A stretch of 63,960 nucleotides of DNA, filler included, from Thraustochytrium aureum (lineage: Eukaryota), in NCBI GenBank assembly GCA_012862495.1. It is 5 parts of 4 records of this genome, joined end to end, with 100 filler letters (N's around TTAATTAATTAA, not from the genome) between each part and the next. Parts side by side here need not be neighbours in the genome. Positions count along the whole stretch, not along the records: positions 34,031 to 51,780 come from BLSG01000268.1; 4 more parts are not named here. One strand, 5' to 3'. This document shows positions 34,181 to 45,211 of the stretch, in pieces (positions within the stretch are counted from its first letter, which is position 1; the number at the start of each line of letters is the position of its first letter). The notes below the pieces were generated by a model, which saw nothing but the letters and a program-made list of their open reading frames with translations, was not told the DNA's origin and did not search any database. The position numbers and the translations under genes were made by a program.

Positions 34181-37100
34181 ATGTTTCCGGTGCGGCAGGA
34201 GGGCTTGCGAGAAGCGGAGGCGACGGAGCGCAGAGCGAGGGACGCGGAGTTGGCAAACGCGATGGAGGAGGACGTGGACAGCGCTGGAATGCGCGCGCGA
34301 GAGCGCGCGCTAGCAGTTCCCGTGTCTGCGAGCTCGTGGCACGCGGCGGGCTCCTCACCGAACGCGCTGGGCGCGCTTCTCGGCGTTCACGTGGCGTTTG
34401 CATGCAATCTTGTCAAGCGAGACCCGGTGCCGCGGCCAAGGGTGGTGCGCCCTGAATGGGACGACTCGCTCGCTGTAGGAGCAGGTGCTGCCGCGTCTGC
34501 GGCGCTGCAGGAAGCGGCGGATCGCCGATCCAGCGAAGGAGGGGAATTGCCGCCGAGGTCCAAGCGGATGCGCAAGCGAAAGCCGCCAAAGCAACCCGAC
34601 AGGCCCAAGGCGCAAGCGGCGCAGGCTCCCTCAAACCAACGCTCCCATAGGGCGCCGTCGGATCCAGGCCCCGGGACGGGACCTCCACAAGACGTCGAGC
34701 GCCGGCCAAGCGAAACCTCCCTTGCCATGGCGGAGCTCGAGGTGTGCAACTGCATTATTGTCCGCGAGCAGCTCGTGGCAGAATTCCTGGCCGCTTGCAG
34801 CGCTCAAAAGGCCGCGGGCGTGCTCGACCTGCTCGAGGACCTCCGGCACGTCGGCCTCCTGCTGATGGAAAATCTTATTCGATGGCGGCTTGCGCGGCAG
34901 CGCTCGCAGGAGGGAGAGCCGCAAGCGCATCGTTGGCGCCCCCTCAAGGCCCGCCCAGCCAAGGCAAAGAAAACCTCGCGCAACGCACCGGCGCAATTGG
35001 ACTCGTGCACCAGGGCGCACACCGCGACGCACCAGCACGCGCACGAGCCGTTTGACTTTGCCTGGCGGGGAATCAACTATGTGGTGAAAATGGCGACCGA
35101 TCTGCACCCAGCGNNNNNNNNNNNNNNNNNNNNNNNNNNNNNNNNNNNNNNNNNNNNNNNNNNNNNNNNNNNNNNNNNNNNNNNNNNNNNNNNNNNNNNN
35201 NNNNNNNNNNNNNNNNNNNNNNNNNNNNNNNNNNNNNNNNNNNNNNNNNNNNNNNNNNNNNNNNNNNNNNNNNNNNNNNNNNNNNNNNNNNNNNNNNNNN
35301 NNNNNNNNNNNNNNNNNNNNNNNNNNNNNNNNNNNNNNNNNNNNNNNNNNNNNNNNNNNNNNNNNNNNNNNNNNNNNNNNNNNNNNNGGACCGGATTCGG
35401 GGCGTCAGAGGCTTGTTGAACAACCCCCTTGTGCTCCCTATGGGCCTCGACGAGCTCCGCGCCGCGCTGCAGCGCCTCGGGTCGCGCTGCTTCGAGTGCG
35501 ACGTGTGGCGTGTCCTGGAGAACCCCTCAAGAGACCAAGTCGGCGAGTACCAATGCGCGCTGGCAATATTGCGCGAGCTTGACGCGCGACCAAGCAAGCC
35601 CGCAACACTCGAGCCGCTGTCCGCAGAGGAACAGGCTCGCGCGGCGGACGCTGCAAAGCTCGCAGACCCCCATGGCCATTACCACGACATCCTTGAGAAG
35701 GCGCGAGAGCGCGCCGCCCGTGACGGCAGGGGTTGCTGGAAGCGGTATCAGCCAGCAGCGCTCTCCAGCCCCTTCCTTGAACGGAAGGCGCGCCAAACCT
35801 ACCTCGCCGAGCTGCACGAAACGAGAGCGCGGGCCGAAGCAACTAGCGCGAAACGGCGCCTTCTTGAGCGCTGGAGCGCCAAGCGAATCCAGCGTATTGC
35901 TCGAGAGTACCTCGAAGAGCAAGCTCGGCAGCGCCTTCGCAACCGATGCGCGCTCGCGATCTTGCCCAAGCGCGGTGGCGCGGAGTGCTCGCGCGTGTCA
36001 AGGCCAACCAGGTCGCGGAAAGGCGGGCCCGCGAGGCCCAGCGGCGGCCGGTCCTTTCTTGGCTCGACCGCGCCGAGAACGCTGCCGTCCGCATCCAGAC
36101 GGTGCGGCGGCGCGTGTCGGCGACGGCGTACGTACAGAGGGTGCGGGAAAGCGCGGCTCAAACGCGAATCTCCGCCTGGATGCGGTGCGTGACCCAGGCG
36201 CGATGGTTCAGGCTCTATCTGGCAACCCGTCGCATCCAGAACGCAGAGCGCGCACGGCGCGCTCGAGCAGTCCTTGCTCAGCTGCAACTGCAAAAGCTGC
36301 AGAATGATGCCGCGGTAGCGATCCAGCTGCTCGCGCGGCGCCATCGCGCGGTCGCGGAGGCGCAACGCCGACGCGCCAGCAAGGCAGCGACCAAAGTGCA
36401 GACTGTGGTTCGCGCAAAGCTTGCCAGGGCACTGGTGCACAAGGTCGTGCAAGTGCGCCGGATCCAGACGAGGCTTCGCCAGTTTCTCGCCCGGCGCGCT
36501 CTCCAGCAGCGCCGCGAGCACGTGTGGGCCGCAAAACACACCCAACGATGGATGCGCTTCCGGTGGCGAGAGCGAGCTTCTGCAGCGGACCGCCGAGTTG
36601 TTGAGTGGCGCCGCTCGCATCGCAGCTCCCGGCTACGCTTTGCCACAGGATGCCTGGACGTCAACTCGTTCCACATGTGTGCTCTCTTTGATCACCGAGC
36701 CGAGCTCAACAAGCGCCTTGGAATCTTGCGACGGACGGGCTCCGCCAAGCGCGCCCTGGGCAAGCTCAGGCGCACCCTGGCCCAGATGCGCCAGGAGCCC
36801 GTTTCTGGTCGTGGACAGATCCTCGCCGTGCTTCGCGTCATCCGCCGGTACGAGAGCCTCTTGGCGCAGACCAAGCACCTTTCGCGCGCAGATCTTGACG
36901 CAGAAACGGCGCGCCGGGAGGCGGCGCTTGCCGCAGTCGAGGGCAAGATTGCGCTGGCAGAGTCCCTCGCGCGAAAGCAGTTTTATGCTGAGGACTACCT
37001 GAACCGCGTCAAGGCCGTCGTCGATGTTCGTGCGTACACCAAGATGCGGGATCCGCGCCAGTTTGACAAGTTTGAGTCCGCGTACGCCAAGGCCAAGCAC

Positions 37101-37816
37101 CGGAAAGGCGTGCTGGAGCGTCTTGAATCGAGCGCCAGCCGAGCTGCAGAGCGCACGAAAATAGCCCTTCGCGAGGCCGAGTGGGCCCACCGCGGCGACG
37201 TGCAAGACCTCGTCCACACTGCAAGCAGGACTAGAGCGGCCTTGCGCGCGGCCGACTTCGGGCGGCAGGCAGGCAAGTGGCGAGCTTTCTGCAAGGCAGA
37301 GGCAGGCGCCGGGCCGCGGTCCGCCGCGTGCACCGCGCTAGAGAAGCCGCCGCAGCGGCACTCGTGCAGCAAGCAATCGGGGAAATGGCCGCGGAGGACC
37401 TCTATGCCACCCAGCTTCGCGCCTACCTGGTGGCCTCGCCCAGCGAGGTTGAGCGCGTGAGGGCCGCCTTTGCGGGCCACGACACCCGCAGGACTGGAGA
37501 GATCAGGGCGCCCGAGTTTCAGCGCCTCGCATTTGACCTGGGCGTCACTGTTCCCCTCTCCCGCATCAAGGTTTTCATGGCGCGCGCCGACACGAACCGG
37601 AGCGGCACCGTGGACTTTGTTGAGTTTTGCATTTGGTACTTTGTGCATCGCGACGAGGACCGCGCCACGATTCGAGCGGCCAAGGCGGACGGCAAGGCCG
37701 TGGCAAACGCGGTCCAGGTGGTTGCGCTCAAGAGCAAGCTCAAGGTCGGCCAGGCAAGCCGAGCCGCGCGCCGCTTCGCGGGAAGGCTTTTCCGCCCGCG
37801 TGGCGGGCCTCGCTAG
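34181..37816 (+). CDS. Large IQ-motif protein with a C-terminal EF-hand pair; start uncertain, one gap, frameshifts near 35960 and 37290
   Basis: IQ motifs IQRIARE, IQTVRRR, IQLLARR, VQTVVRA and IQTRLRQ. EF-hand loops DTRRTGEIRAPE and DTNRSGTVDFVE. Confidence 0.75.
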
Positions 37817-38777
37817 CCCTTTGGGCCTTGTCGTCGAGCCCTGCCTTGCAACACAATAAAGCGAAACGAGGCCGCAGCGCCAGCCGCGCGTCGCCACTAC
37901 CGATTCACCGTGACAGCACCTTTGTTCCTTCCCCCGGCGCGCTACAAACCCGCAGCCCGATTCTACTTTGTCGGGGCGCTACTTTCAGGGTCTTGCTGGT
38001 TTGGCGGGGGCGCCATGCAGGCCTTCCAAGCCTTGACCTCGTCCTTGCACTACGCCGCCACAACAAGCAGAGCAGTCAGCACAGCCGCGTACCTACGTGC
38101 CACCCAGCGCAGGCGCGCGCCGACTCACCTTCGTCCAGTCCCTGTTCGCGTCAGCGAGGCACAGCTGCACGGCCTCAAACACGGCGGTGCACCCGCGTCG
38201 CTCGACCTGGTCGTCCACGTCCATCGCGCCAGTTTACGCAGCGGGCAGCCGCGCCAGCAGGGCCAAAGCGAGGGCCAGCCCGCTCCGCTGCGGGCGGCTA
38301 CGTGAGCGCGTACTCGCGCTTGCCAATGCGCTGGGGACCGCTGCGTCGAGTCCTTGCGGCGGCGGCCAACCTCTGACCGATGGTGTTTGTGGACTGCGCG
38401 CGAAACATTCACGGAACGCATTGCGATCGTTTCGAAGAAAGCCAGGGCATTTCCGGGAAACCTCCGACGAGCCCGAGACATTTTCAACCACTTGCTCGTT
38501 TTCCCGGCGCGCCCTGGTTCTCCTGGAGGGCAGGGCGCGCTTGTCCCACCTCCAAGTGCAAGCACAGCTTTTCGCGTCCTGCTTGTTTTCTGTAGTTATG
38601 CGCTGCTGGCGTGGCAGACCCCGGCAGACCCCTAACACCTTCGGGTCTCGAACCGAAGTCTCGGTCGGGTGCCCAGCCCGAGCCTGGGTCGGACGGGTCA
38701 AGTCGGGCACAGACGCCCAGCGTGTTGACGCTCGCAAGTCCTTTCCCATCCCAATCCCAACCCCTTACCTATTTTTA

Positions 38778-40178
38778 ATGATGGAGACTCCGGTGAACGA
38801 CGNNNNNNNNNNNNNNNNNNNNNNNNNNNNNNNNNNNNNNNNNNNNNNNNNNNNNNNNNNNNNNNNNNNNNNNNNNNNNNNNNNNNNNNNNNNNNNNNNN
38901 NNNNNNNNNNNNNNNNNNNNNNNNNNNNNNNNNNNNNNNNNNNNNNNNNNNNNNNNNNNNNNNNNNNNNNNNNNNNNNNNNNNNNNNNNNNNNNCTCCGG
39001 TGAACGACGAGCACGATGATCTGTTCGTGTGGTCCTTCGTCCAACCAATTCAATCTCTAGTAATACTCACCAGCCCCACCCGTGGTTGTAGAAATCCACA
39101 GCGCGGCCTTGACGTGAACACCGCCTTCTTTGTCGCCGAGCTTTCCACCTGCTTCTGGCCTTTCCTTCCAAGTGGTGTTTTGTTGAGAATAATTCGGGGT
39201 GGAAACGACGAAATTGTGTCGCAATACAAAATGGATCTGGAACGTGAAGCCGACGGGCGCAGTGTCTCTCGGGACCCAAACCGCCTTGGGCCGGCAGGAC
39301 ACCCCAAGGTCAGCCAGGCCACTCTATTCGTGTCATGGGATAGCGCATCAGGCTTCGCAAGGGTAGAGGCAAGCGTCAAGCTCATGAAGGAAGAATCCAC
39401 TAATCACGGCCGGAATGGCCAGTACCGTATCGAAGTCGTCTTTTTGAGTCGCAACTCGCACGAAGAGCAATTCGTCGAGCATGGGACTCTACGAACAAGT
39501 CCGTTTGATGTCATTTCCAAAGCCAACCCACTTCGAGTCGCACACGAAGCCCTTTTCGAGCACGCCAACTTCATCAAAGAAAACCTCGGGCGCCCCCAAG
39601 TCCTGTCACGAGACCCTGTTTCTCGTGACTATGTCAAGGACATCGTTGAAAAGACTAGACAAGACGGGAAAACGGAGTGCAAGCCGCGCTTGGCCAACGC
39701 TGAAACTGAGCAGCCCCAAACCATGAACGCCAAGCGCCGCGAAACTCCGACGACACATACCGCGCCAGCACCCAAGCGCGCCAAGATTGTTGCCGCATCT
39801 CACACTGCAGAGCCCGACACTCGAACAAGTTGCCAAAATTCAACAGAGACCCTGAGCCCTGCCTCGGATTGCTCCAAGGACGAAGCCGAGATCATTGTGG
39901 AAAGTAGTATCGCCACTCCCCTGACGTTCGGCCAAGGATCCGAGGTGCAAGCCGAGGCAGTTGACCAGTTGGAAGGCTTGGAGCAAGCCCCGGATTCGAC
40001 CTCCACTACCTGGGATTTTCTTTCCAGTGACGATTTCCCAAACCCAGTTTCTCCCAGTTCTGAACCCGAGGTCGAGGCAAATGATCAGTTTTGGGCCCTG
40101 GGTGGCCCAACTTCAACAGACCTTGACGAAGACTTCCTGGTAGAGTCCCTCTTTCGGTGTCGGTCAATTGATGAGTGA
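38778..40178 (+). CDS. Hypothetical transcription-factor-like protein (beta-rich N-terminal domain, basic NLS, acidic aromatic tail)
   Basis: MMETPVND continues seamlessly if the 15-bp duplicate flanking the gap is merged. Contains STNHGRNGQYRIEV...TSPFDVISK, PAPKRAK and a WDFLSSDDF...DEDFL tail. Confidence 0.65.
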   Translation: MMETPVNDXXXXXXXXXXXXXXXXXXXXXXXXXXXXXXXXXXXXXXXXXXXXXXXXXXXXXXXXXXXXXXXXXPVNDEHDDLFVWSFVQPIQSLVILTSPTRGCRNPQRGLDVNTAFFVAELSTCFWPFLPSGVLLRIIRGGNDEIVSQYKMDLEREADGRSVSRDPNRLGPAGHPKVSQATLFVSWDSASGFARVEASVKLMKEESTNHGRNGQYRIEVVFLSRNSHEEQFVEHGTLRTSPFDVISKANPLRVAHEALFEHANFIKENLGRPQVLSRDPVSRDYVKDIVEKTRQDGKTECKPRLANAETEQPQTMNAKRRETPTTHTAPAPKRAKIVAASHTAEPDTRTSCQNSTETLSPASDCSKDEAEIIVESSIATPLTFGQGSEVQAEAVDQLEGLEQAPDSTSTTWDFLSSDDFPNPVSPSSEPEVEANDQFWALGGPTSTDLDEDFLVESLFRCRSIDE

Positions 40179-41378
40179 CTCTGAAAAGGGTACTCGGGTA
40201 GCGGGAGGCTCGGAGGCGGGATGCCCGCGTGGTTCGAGCTAGCGAGTGCGAGGCAGAAGCAACGTCGTGGGCTCGTGCAGTCCTGGTTGGGGAGTTACCG
40301 CACTCGAAAGACGTGTTGCTTGGTACTCTACTGGGTCCGTCCACTCTGCCGAGTTCGCCACCTGAGCAGGGGAGGTTGTGCGGTCTTGCCGTCGAAGGCG
40401 TGCGCTACTCTAGCTCTAGACTGAGAGGCATGGATGTTCGATGTGTGTCTTGCAACAATGAGGCAGCGCCGACAGGGGCTCACAGCTGCGCCACCGAGGC
40501 CGCAGGCTAGGGAGATCAACGAAGTTGTCGCCAACTCCAGGTGGCTCTCACGATGGCGCTTGGGTTCATTTCGGAAGGCCTGACCTTCCTCCTTCGTTCT
40601 GAAGGCAGCCTGAAACAGGGCATCCCTGCGCGCAACAGAAGCCGCGTGCTGACGCTTCGCCGGCACAATGTCTCAATCAAAGGATGGCAAGTGCATGACG
40701 CTCGATTGCAGTAAAACCAATGATTTTCCAACTCACTTCCCTTGGCTATTTGCGAGTGCCTGCCGCCTGCCGGAAGGCTGCTGCTCGTTCGTCCACGCCC
40801 AGCTGACTCGCCGTTAAGCACCGTGAACCTCACGTGACCTTGGCGTCTGCCTGACGTGGCCGATGTAGAGCGACTTCGAAACAGCCCGGGCCCCAGTGCC
40901 GAGCGCCAGCCACCCTACCTACGCGACTGTAGAGTGGGTACGATATCCTCGCGTGTGACGAGGGCGACGGGACGCGTGACGTGCTCCAGAACATGAGGGG
41001 CGAGGAAGCGCCGAAAGAGAGCGAGCGAGGAAGCGGCCTCGGAGGGCGAGCGAGCCCCGGCAGACGCCAAGCCAGCCGATCACCAAGCAGCAGACCCCTA
41101 ACGGAGCCAACTGTGACGCACTGGTGCAAGCGCGTCCCTGCCGCGCTCGGTTGTTGCCCTCGAAATTCCCACTGCACTGCAGGCAGCACGGTCGCGCACG
41201 AAAGACCCTTCTGAACTGCAGAGTCCGGGCTTCGGTTTGGGTCTCTTGGCGCAGGCACGTTGCGCTGGGACGCGGTTGGGGCCGCGCGAATTGTAAAGCC
41301 GCGCCGGCTGCGGGCGAGGAGGCGCACGAGGAGGACGGAGCGAGCGAGGGAACGGCAGGGCGGGCGGGCAGGGGCGAA

Positions 41379-42509
41379 ATGGGGTCGTCGAACGGCGCCG
41401 GCGCGCTGGCTGTGCTAGTGGCCTCTGTGTTCTGGGGCACCAACTTTGTTGTGACGAAAAACTACGACATGGGGGACGGGATGCAGTTTCAGCTGCTGAT
41501 GTGCACCGGGGTGCTCCTTGTGGGCCTGTTCACCATGGCGTGGGCGGCGCGGGCCCCCGACGGGCAAAACTTTGACTCGTTTCCGCTGCCCGACTTTAAC
41601 CTCACACTGAGCACGGAAGGTCTGCTCGGCGGGATGATTTGGTCCTTGGGCAACCTCCTTACAGTGCCGATTGTGCGCACAATCGGGGTGGGCCTGGGCC
41701 TGAGCATCTGGAGCGCAACCTCGATGGTTGGCTCGTTCGTGCTGAGCAGGCTCAACATCTTTGGGCTCGAGCCCCAGGAGCTCCACCCGGCCAGCGTAGC
41801 CTACCTTGGCGCCGCCCTTGGCGTGCTCTCGCTTGCAATCTTTGGCTTTGTGGACACCAACCAGGACGACAGCGTTGGACACGTGGTTAATGTTCCTTGT
41901 GGCGACGACGCAAACCGAAGCCAAGCCGAGCGCGACGGGGAGGCCCGAGGCGACGCAGAACTCGCCTTGCCTTTCCTGGTCGCCAACGATGACAGCGCCG
42001 ACGGTGCGGCCGTGCGGAGCAAGTCGGCACGGGTCGAAGCTATCGCAATGGCCGTAACGGCGGGCCTTTTGTACGGGTTCCAGTTTGTGCCTCTGCAAAT
42101 CCACGGCAACCAGCACCCCAAGCCGAGCGACGTGAGCAACGTGACGCACCAGATCCGGTTTTTCTTCTCGCAGTTTGTGGGGATCTTCTTGACATCGCTG
42201 GGCGCTTTCGTCGTCTATGCGTTGCGCAACGGCAACCGTCCCAAGCTGGTTCAGGCCGAGGCGATCCTTCCGAGCCTTCTGAGCGGCGTCATGTGGGCGG
42301 TAGCTTGCATGGGCAGCATGATTGCGGTGGCCGAGCTCGGCCTCGGGATCGGCTACCCGCTGACGACGAACGGGGCTTTTCTGGTCAACGCGTGCTGGTC
42401 TATTTTCTACTACAAGGAGGTCACGGGGCGGCGCAACTTGATGCTGTTTGCGGTGGCGGGTGGGACCAACATCCTGAGCTGCATCTGCCTCGGGGTCGCG
42501 CGCGGCTGA
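41379..42509 (+). CDS. TMEM144: TMEM144-family (DMT superfamily) transporter
   Basis: FWGTNFVVTKNYDMGDGMQFQ, GGMIWSLGNLLTVPIVRTIGVGLGLSIW, ILPSLLSGVMW and WSIFYYKEVTGRRN. Confidence 0.9.
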   Translation: MGSSNGAGALAVLVASVFWGTNFVVTKNYDMGDGMQFQLLMCTGVLLVGLFTMAWAARAPDGQNFDSFPLPDFNLTLSTEGLLGGMIWSLGNLLTVPIVRTIGVGLGLSIWSATSMVGSFVLSRLNIFGLEPQELHPASVAYLGAALGVLSLAIFGFVDTNQDDSVGHVVNVPCGDDANRSQAERDGEARGDAELALPFLVANDDSADGAAVRSKSARVEAIAMAVTAGLLYGFQFVPLQIHGNQHPKPSDVSNVTHQIRFFFSQFVGIFLTSLGAFVVYALRNGNRPKLVQAEAILPSLLSGVMWAVACMGSMIAVAELGLGIGYPLTTNGAFLVNACWSIFYYKEVTGRRNLMLFAVAGGTNILSCICLGVARG

Positions 42510-42819
42510 GCGGCCCGCCCGGCCAAAGCTGTGGCGCCGCCTTTGAGTTGACGCGCGGAGCGCTGAGCACTCTCTATCTATTTACAGCCGTGCCAGAACC
42601 AGAGCAGCATCTGCTCTAGCCCAGCAGCACTCGCGCGCCGCGGGGCTCGGGCGGGCGAGCTGTCGTACGCTATTCCTCCAACTCTTCCAATCTCCCAATT
42701 TCCAATCGTCCAATTTCCATCTACATAGGCTGGGGCCGTTTGGTCTGGTCGGCTCAAGCCCAGCCTCGCTGCTCAGTGCCAGCTGCCGGCGCGGCCCACT
42801 CACCAGCAACTTGCTCTAG

Positions 42820-44446
42820 CTAGGTAGGGGGCGCTGGAGCTGGCGCTCGGTCAAGGTCGCCAGACGAGACCCCTGGCGACGCCGAGGCTGCATCAGCAGC
42901 GGCCGCCGCGACTGCCGCCACCGCCGCCGCCGCGGCAGCCTCGGCCTCGTCGTCCGAGTGCGGATGCCGGCCCGACGCGCCCGCATAGTTTTCGAGCTCC
43001 GCCTGCTGCTTGGCTTTGATGAACGCAAAGGGCTCCTGGTCCAGGCGGTGTTTGAACGGAATCGGCGTGCCTTTCACGGCGCCATCAAGCCTCGCTGTCT
43101 CCTCGCAGACGTGCCGGAAGAGCTCCGTGCTGTACGGCGGCATGTCGCGCGGGCACGACGTCCTGTCGCGAATGTACCGCAGCGACGAGTGCGTTCCCTC
43201 CGGCGGCGGAATGCGCCTGCCGGAGATGAGGTAGGTGAGTGCCGCGCGAAACGCCTCGTCCGTGTCGCCATGCCGGTGAGGGTTTTGCTTGAGGATGCTC
43301 GAGTGGTGCTTTACACTTCTTGCGAGGCAGACCTCTGCGGCGTCCTTGGGCATCGGGAATGACACGTCCGCGATCTCCATGAACGGGCCCTCATCGATAA
43401 ACCTCTTGCAGCGCTGCTGCTCCTCGTCGCCGCTTTCGTGGCAAGCCCCAAATATCGGCGGCACGACGTGGCAGGTGGTGTGGAAGTCGCTCAGCGAACC
43501 GGCATAGCTCTGGCGCGCCTCCATNNNNNNNNNNNNNNNNNNNNNNNNNNNNNNNNNNNNNNNNNNNNNNNNNNNNNNNNNNNNNNNNNNNNNNNNNNNN
43601 NNNNNNNNNNNNNNNNNNNNNNNNNNNNNNNNNNNNNNNNNNNNNNNNNNNNNNNNNNNNNNNNNNNNNNNNNNNNNNNNNNNNNNNNNNNNNNGTGGCT
43701 CTGATGCGCTCCAGGAAGGGGCAGAAGAGCACGTCCGCCGTGCTGACCTGCTCCAGGAAAAAGGGGCCCTGGAGCTCGCCGAGGACGTGCTCCACGAGCC
43801 CAAGGGCCTTGACGAAGCGCTTGCGGAGCATGTTTTCCACCGTCGTCGACCGCGCCGGCGTCGTGAGCCAGCGCATCCAGCTGTCGAAAACGGCGCGCTC
43901 CAGGTGGCCGAGTTTTTGCACGCTGGGGTGCCGCAGCGGGCGGAACAGAGCGCCAAACTCGGCCTCTAGAGCCTCGATGATGGCGCCCGAGTCCTCAATG
44001 ACCGTGCCGTCCAGCTCTATGGCGGGCACCTTGCCTGATGGAACCAGTTTGGTGTACCAGCTCTCCTTTTGCCCATAGCAGTGCAGGGCAACCTTTTCTA
44101 CTCGGTAGGGGATCCGCATCTCCTCCAGCCATACCCACACCCTTTGGCAGTAGGGGCACCACGCGTGGTTGTCCCGAAACAGCGTGACGCGAACCTCGCT
44201 CGACTCCTTGCCAAAGAGCCGCAGCCGGCTCTGCGATATGGCGGGGCCGTTTGCATAGTCGATCCGGCCGAGCGTGTCCTTGACGAGCTCGCCCAGCTCC
44301 TCCCAGGACAGCGCTCGTGCAACGTCCCCGAGTTGCTGCCTATGGTCATTCAGCCTGCCTTCGCGCATCGCACGCGCCACCCATGTCTCCTCGTCCTCGG
44401 CGCGCAGCGCCCTCGGCTCTGGCCCGGCGGCGGCCTCGTCGCCCAT
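42820..44446 (-). CDS. Cys-type glutathione S-transferase of the long cyanobacterial/algal type; gap 43525-43694
   Basis: LRLFGKESSEVRVTLFRDNHAWCPYCQRVWVWLEE, CYGQKESWY, VPSGKVPAIELDG, LRYIRDRTSCPRDM and PIPFKHRLDQEP. Confidence 0.88.
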
Positions 44447-44986
44447 CGCGGCTCAAAAGGACGCCAGCGCAAGGCTCTCGCGCCTTCCTCCTCCAGAGTC
44501 GCGCCGCGTCAGGCCCTGACGCGGCCGTGCAGCGACCGCCCGCGCGACGTCGCAGGGTCGGGCGACTGATGGCACCGATGAAGCATTGCCTTGCTCAGAC
44601 TCATCGCTTGGACTCGCGTGGACTCTGCGAGTATACCTTACTACTAGCAGTAGATAGAGCATGTTTGGAGGCCGGGCCGATCGATACTGGGCAGGCCGTC
44701 CCAGGCCGCGCTGGGTGGCCTCCGGTCGTCCGCGCTCGGGCAGAACGGCAGCAGAGGAATTGCGCAACGAGGCGTTGATTGATGTGAGTTTTCTGTGGGT
44801 GGGCGAGCGTTTTTGCGACGGCGCGTTGCGAAGCGGACGTGGCGCGAGAAATCCTGCACGCCGCACGCGTGATTGGCAGCGGAATCCGAAGAGCAGGCCA
44901 AGGATAAGTAGATCGTAACACGTTTATAGATATAAATAGAAGGACGTTCGGCGCTGGCCAAACTCGCGGTTCTCCCGGGCTGAGGG

Positions 44987-45211
44987 TCAAAACATAAAGT
45001 CTAGCGGGCCAAACGTCTCTGCCAGGCGAGCGCGCTTGACTAGGTCGAGGTCCACCGCCTGCGCTGGCGGGCGCCGCCGCTTTAGTGGCGGCACGGGGAT
45101 TGGCTCCACCCAGAGCGGCCGCGACGCGCAGATTTTGACCGGCAGAGGCTCGACCTTGAGCAAGCCGGCACCGACAAACGGCCCTCCCGCCGCGCTCTCA
45201 AAGTGCTCCGG
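44987..45211 (-). CDS. Possible 3' fragment of a hypothetical protein (rest in gap)
   Basis: Open frame from the gap edge ending ...PPLKRRRPP...VKRARLAETFGPLDFMF*, with NLS-like basic motifs. Confidence 0.35.
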   Translation of the reverse strand, partial: PEHFESAAGGPFVGAGLLKVEPLPVKICASRPLWVEPIPVPPLKRRRPPAQAVDLDLVKRARLAETFGPLDFMF

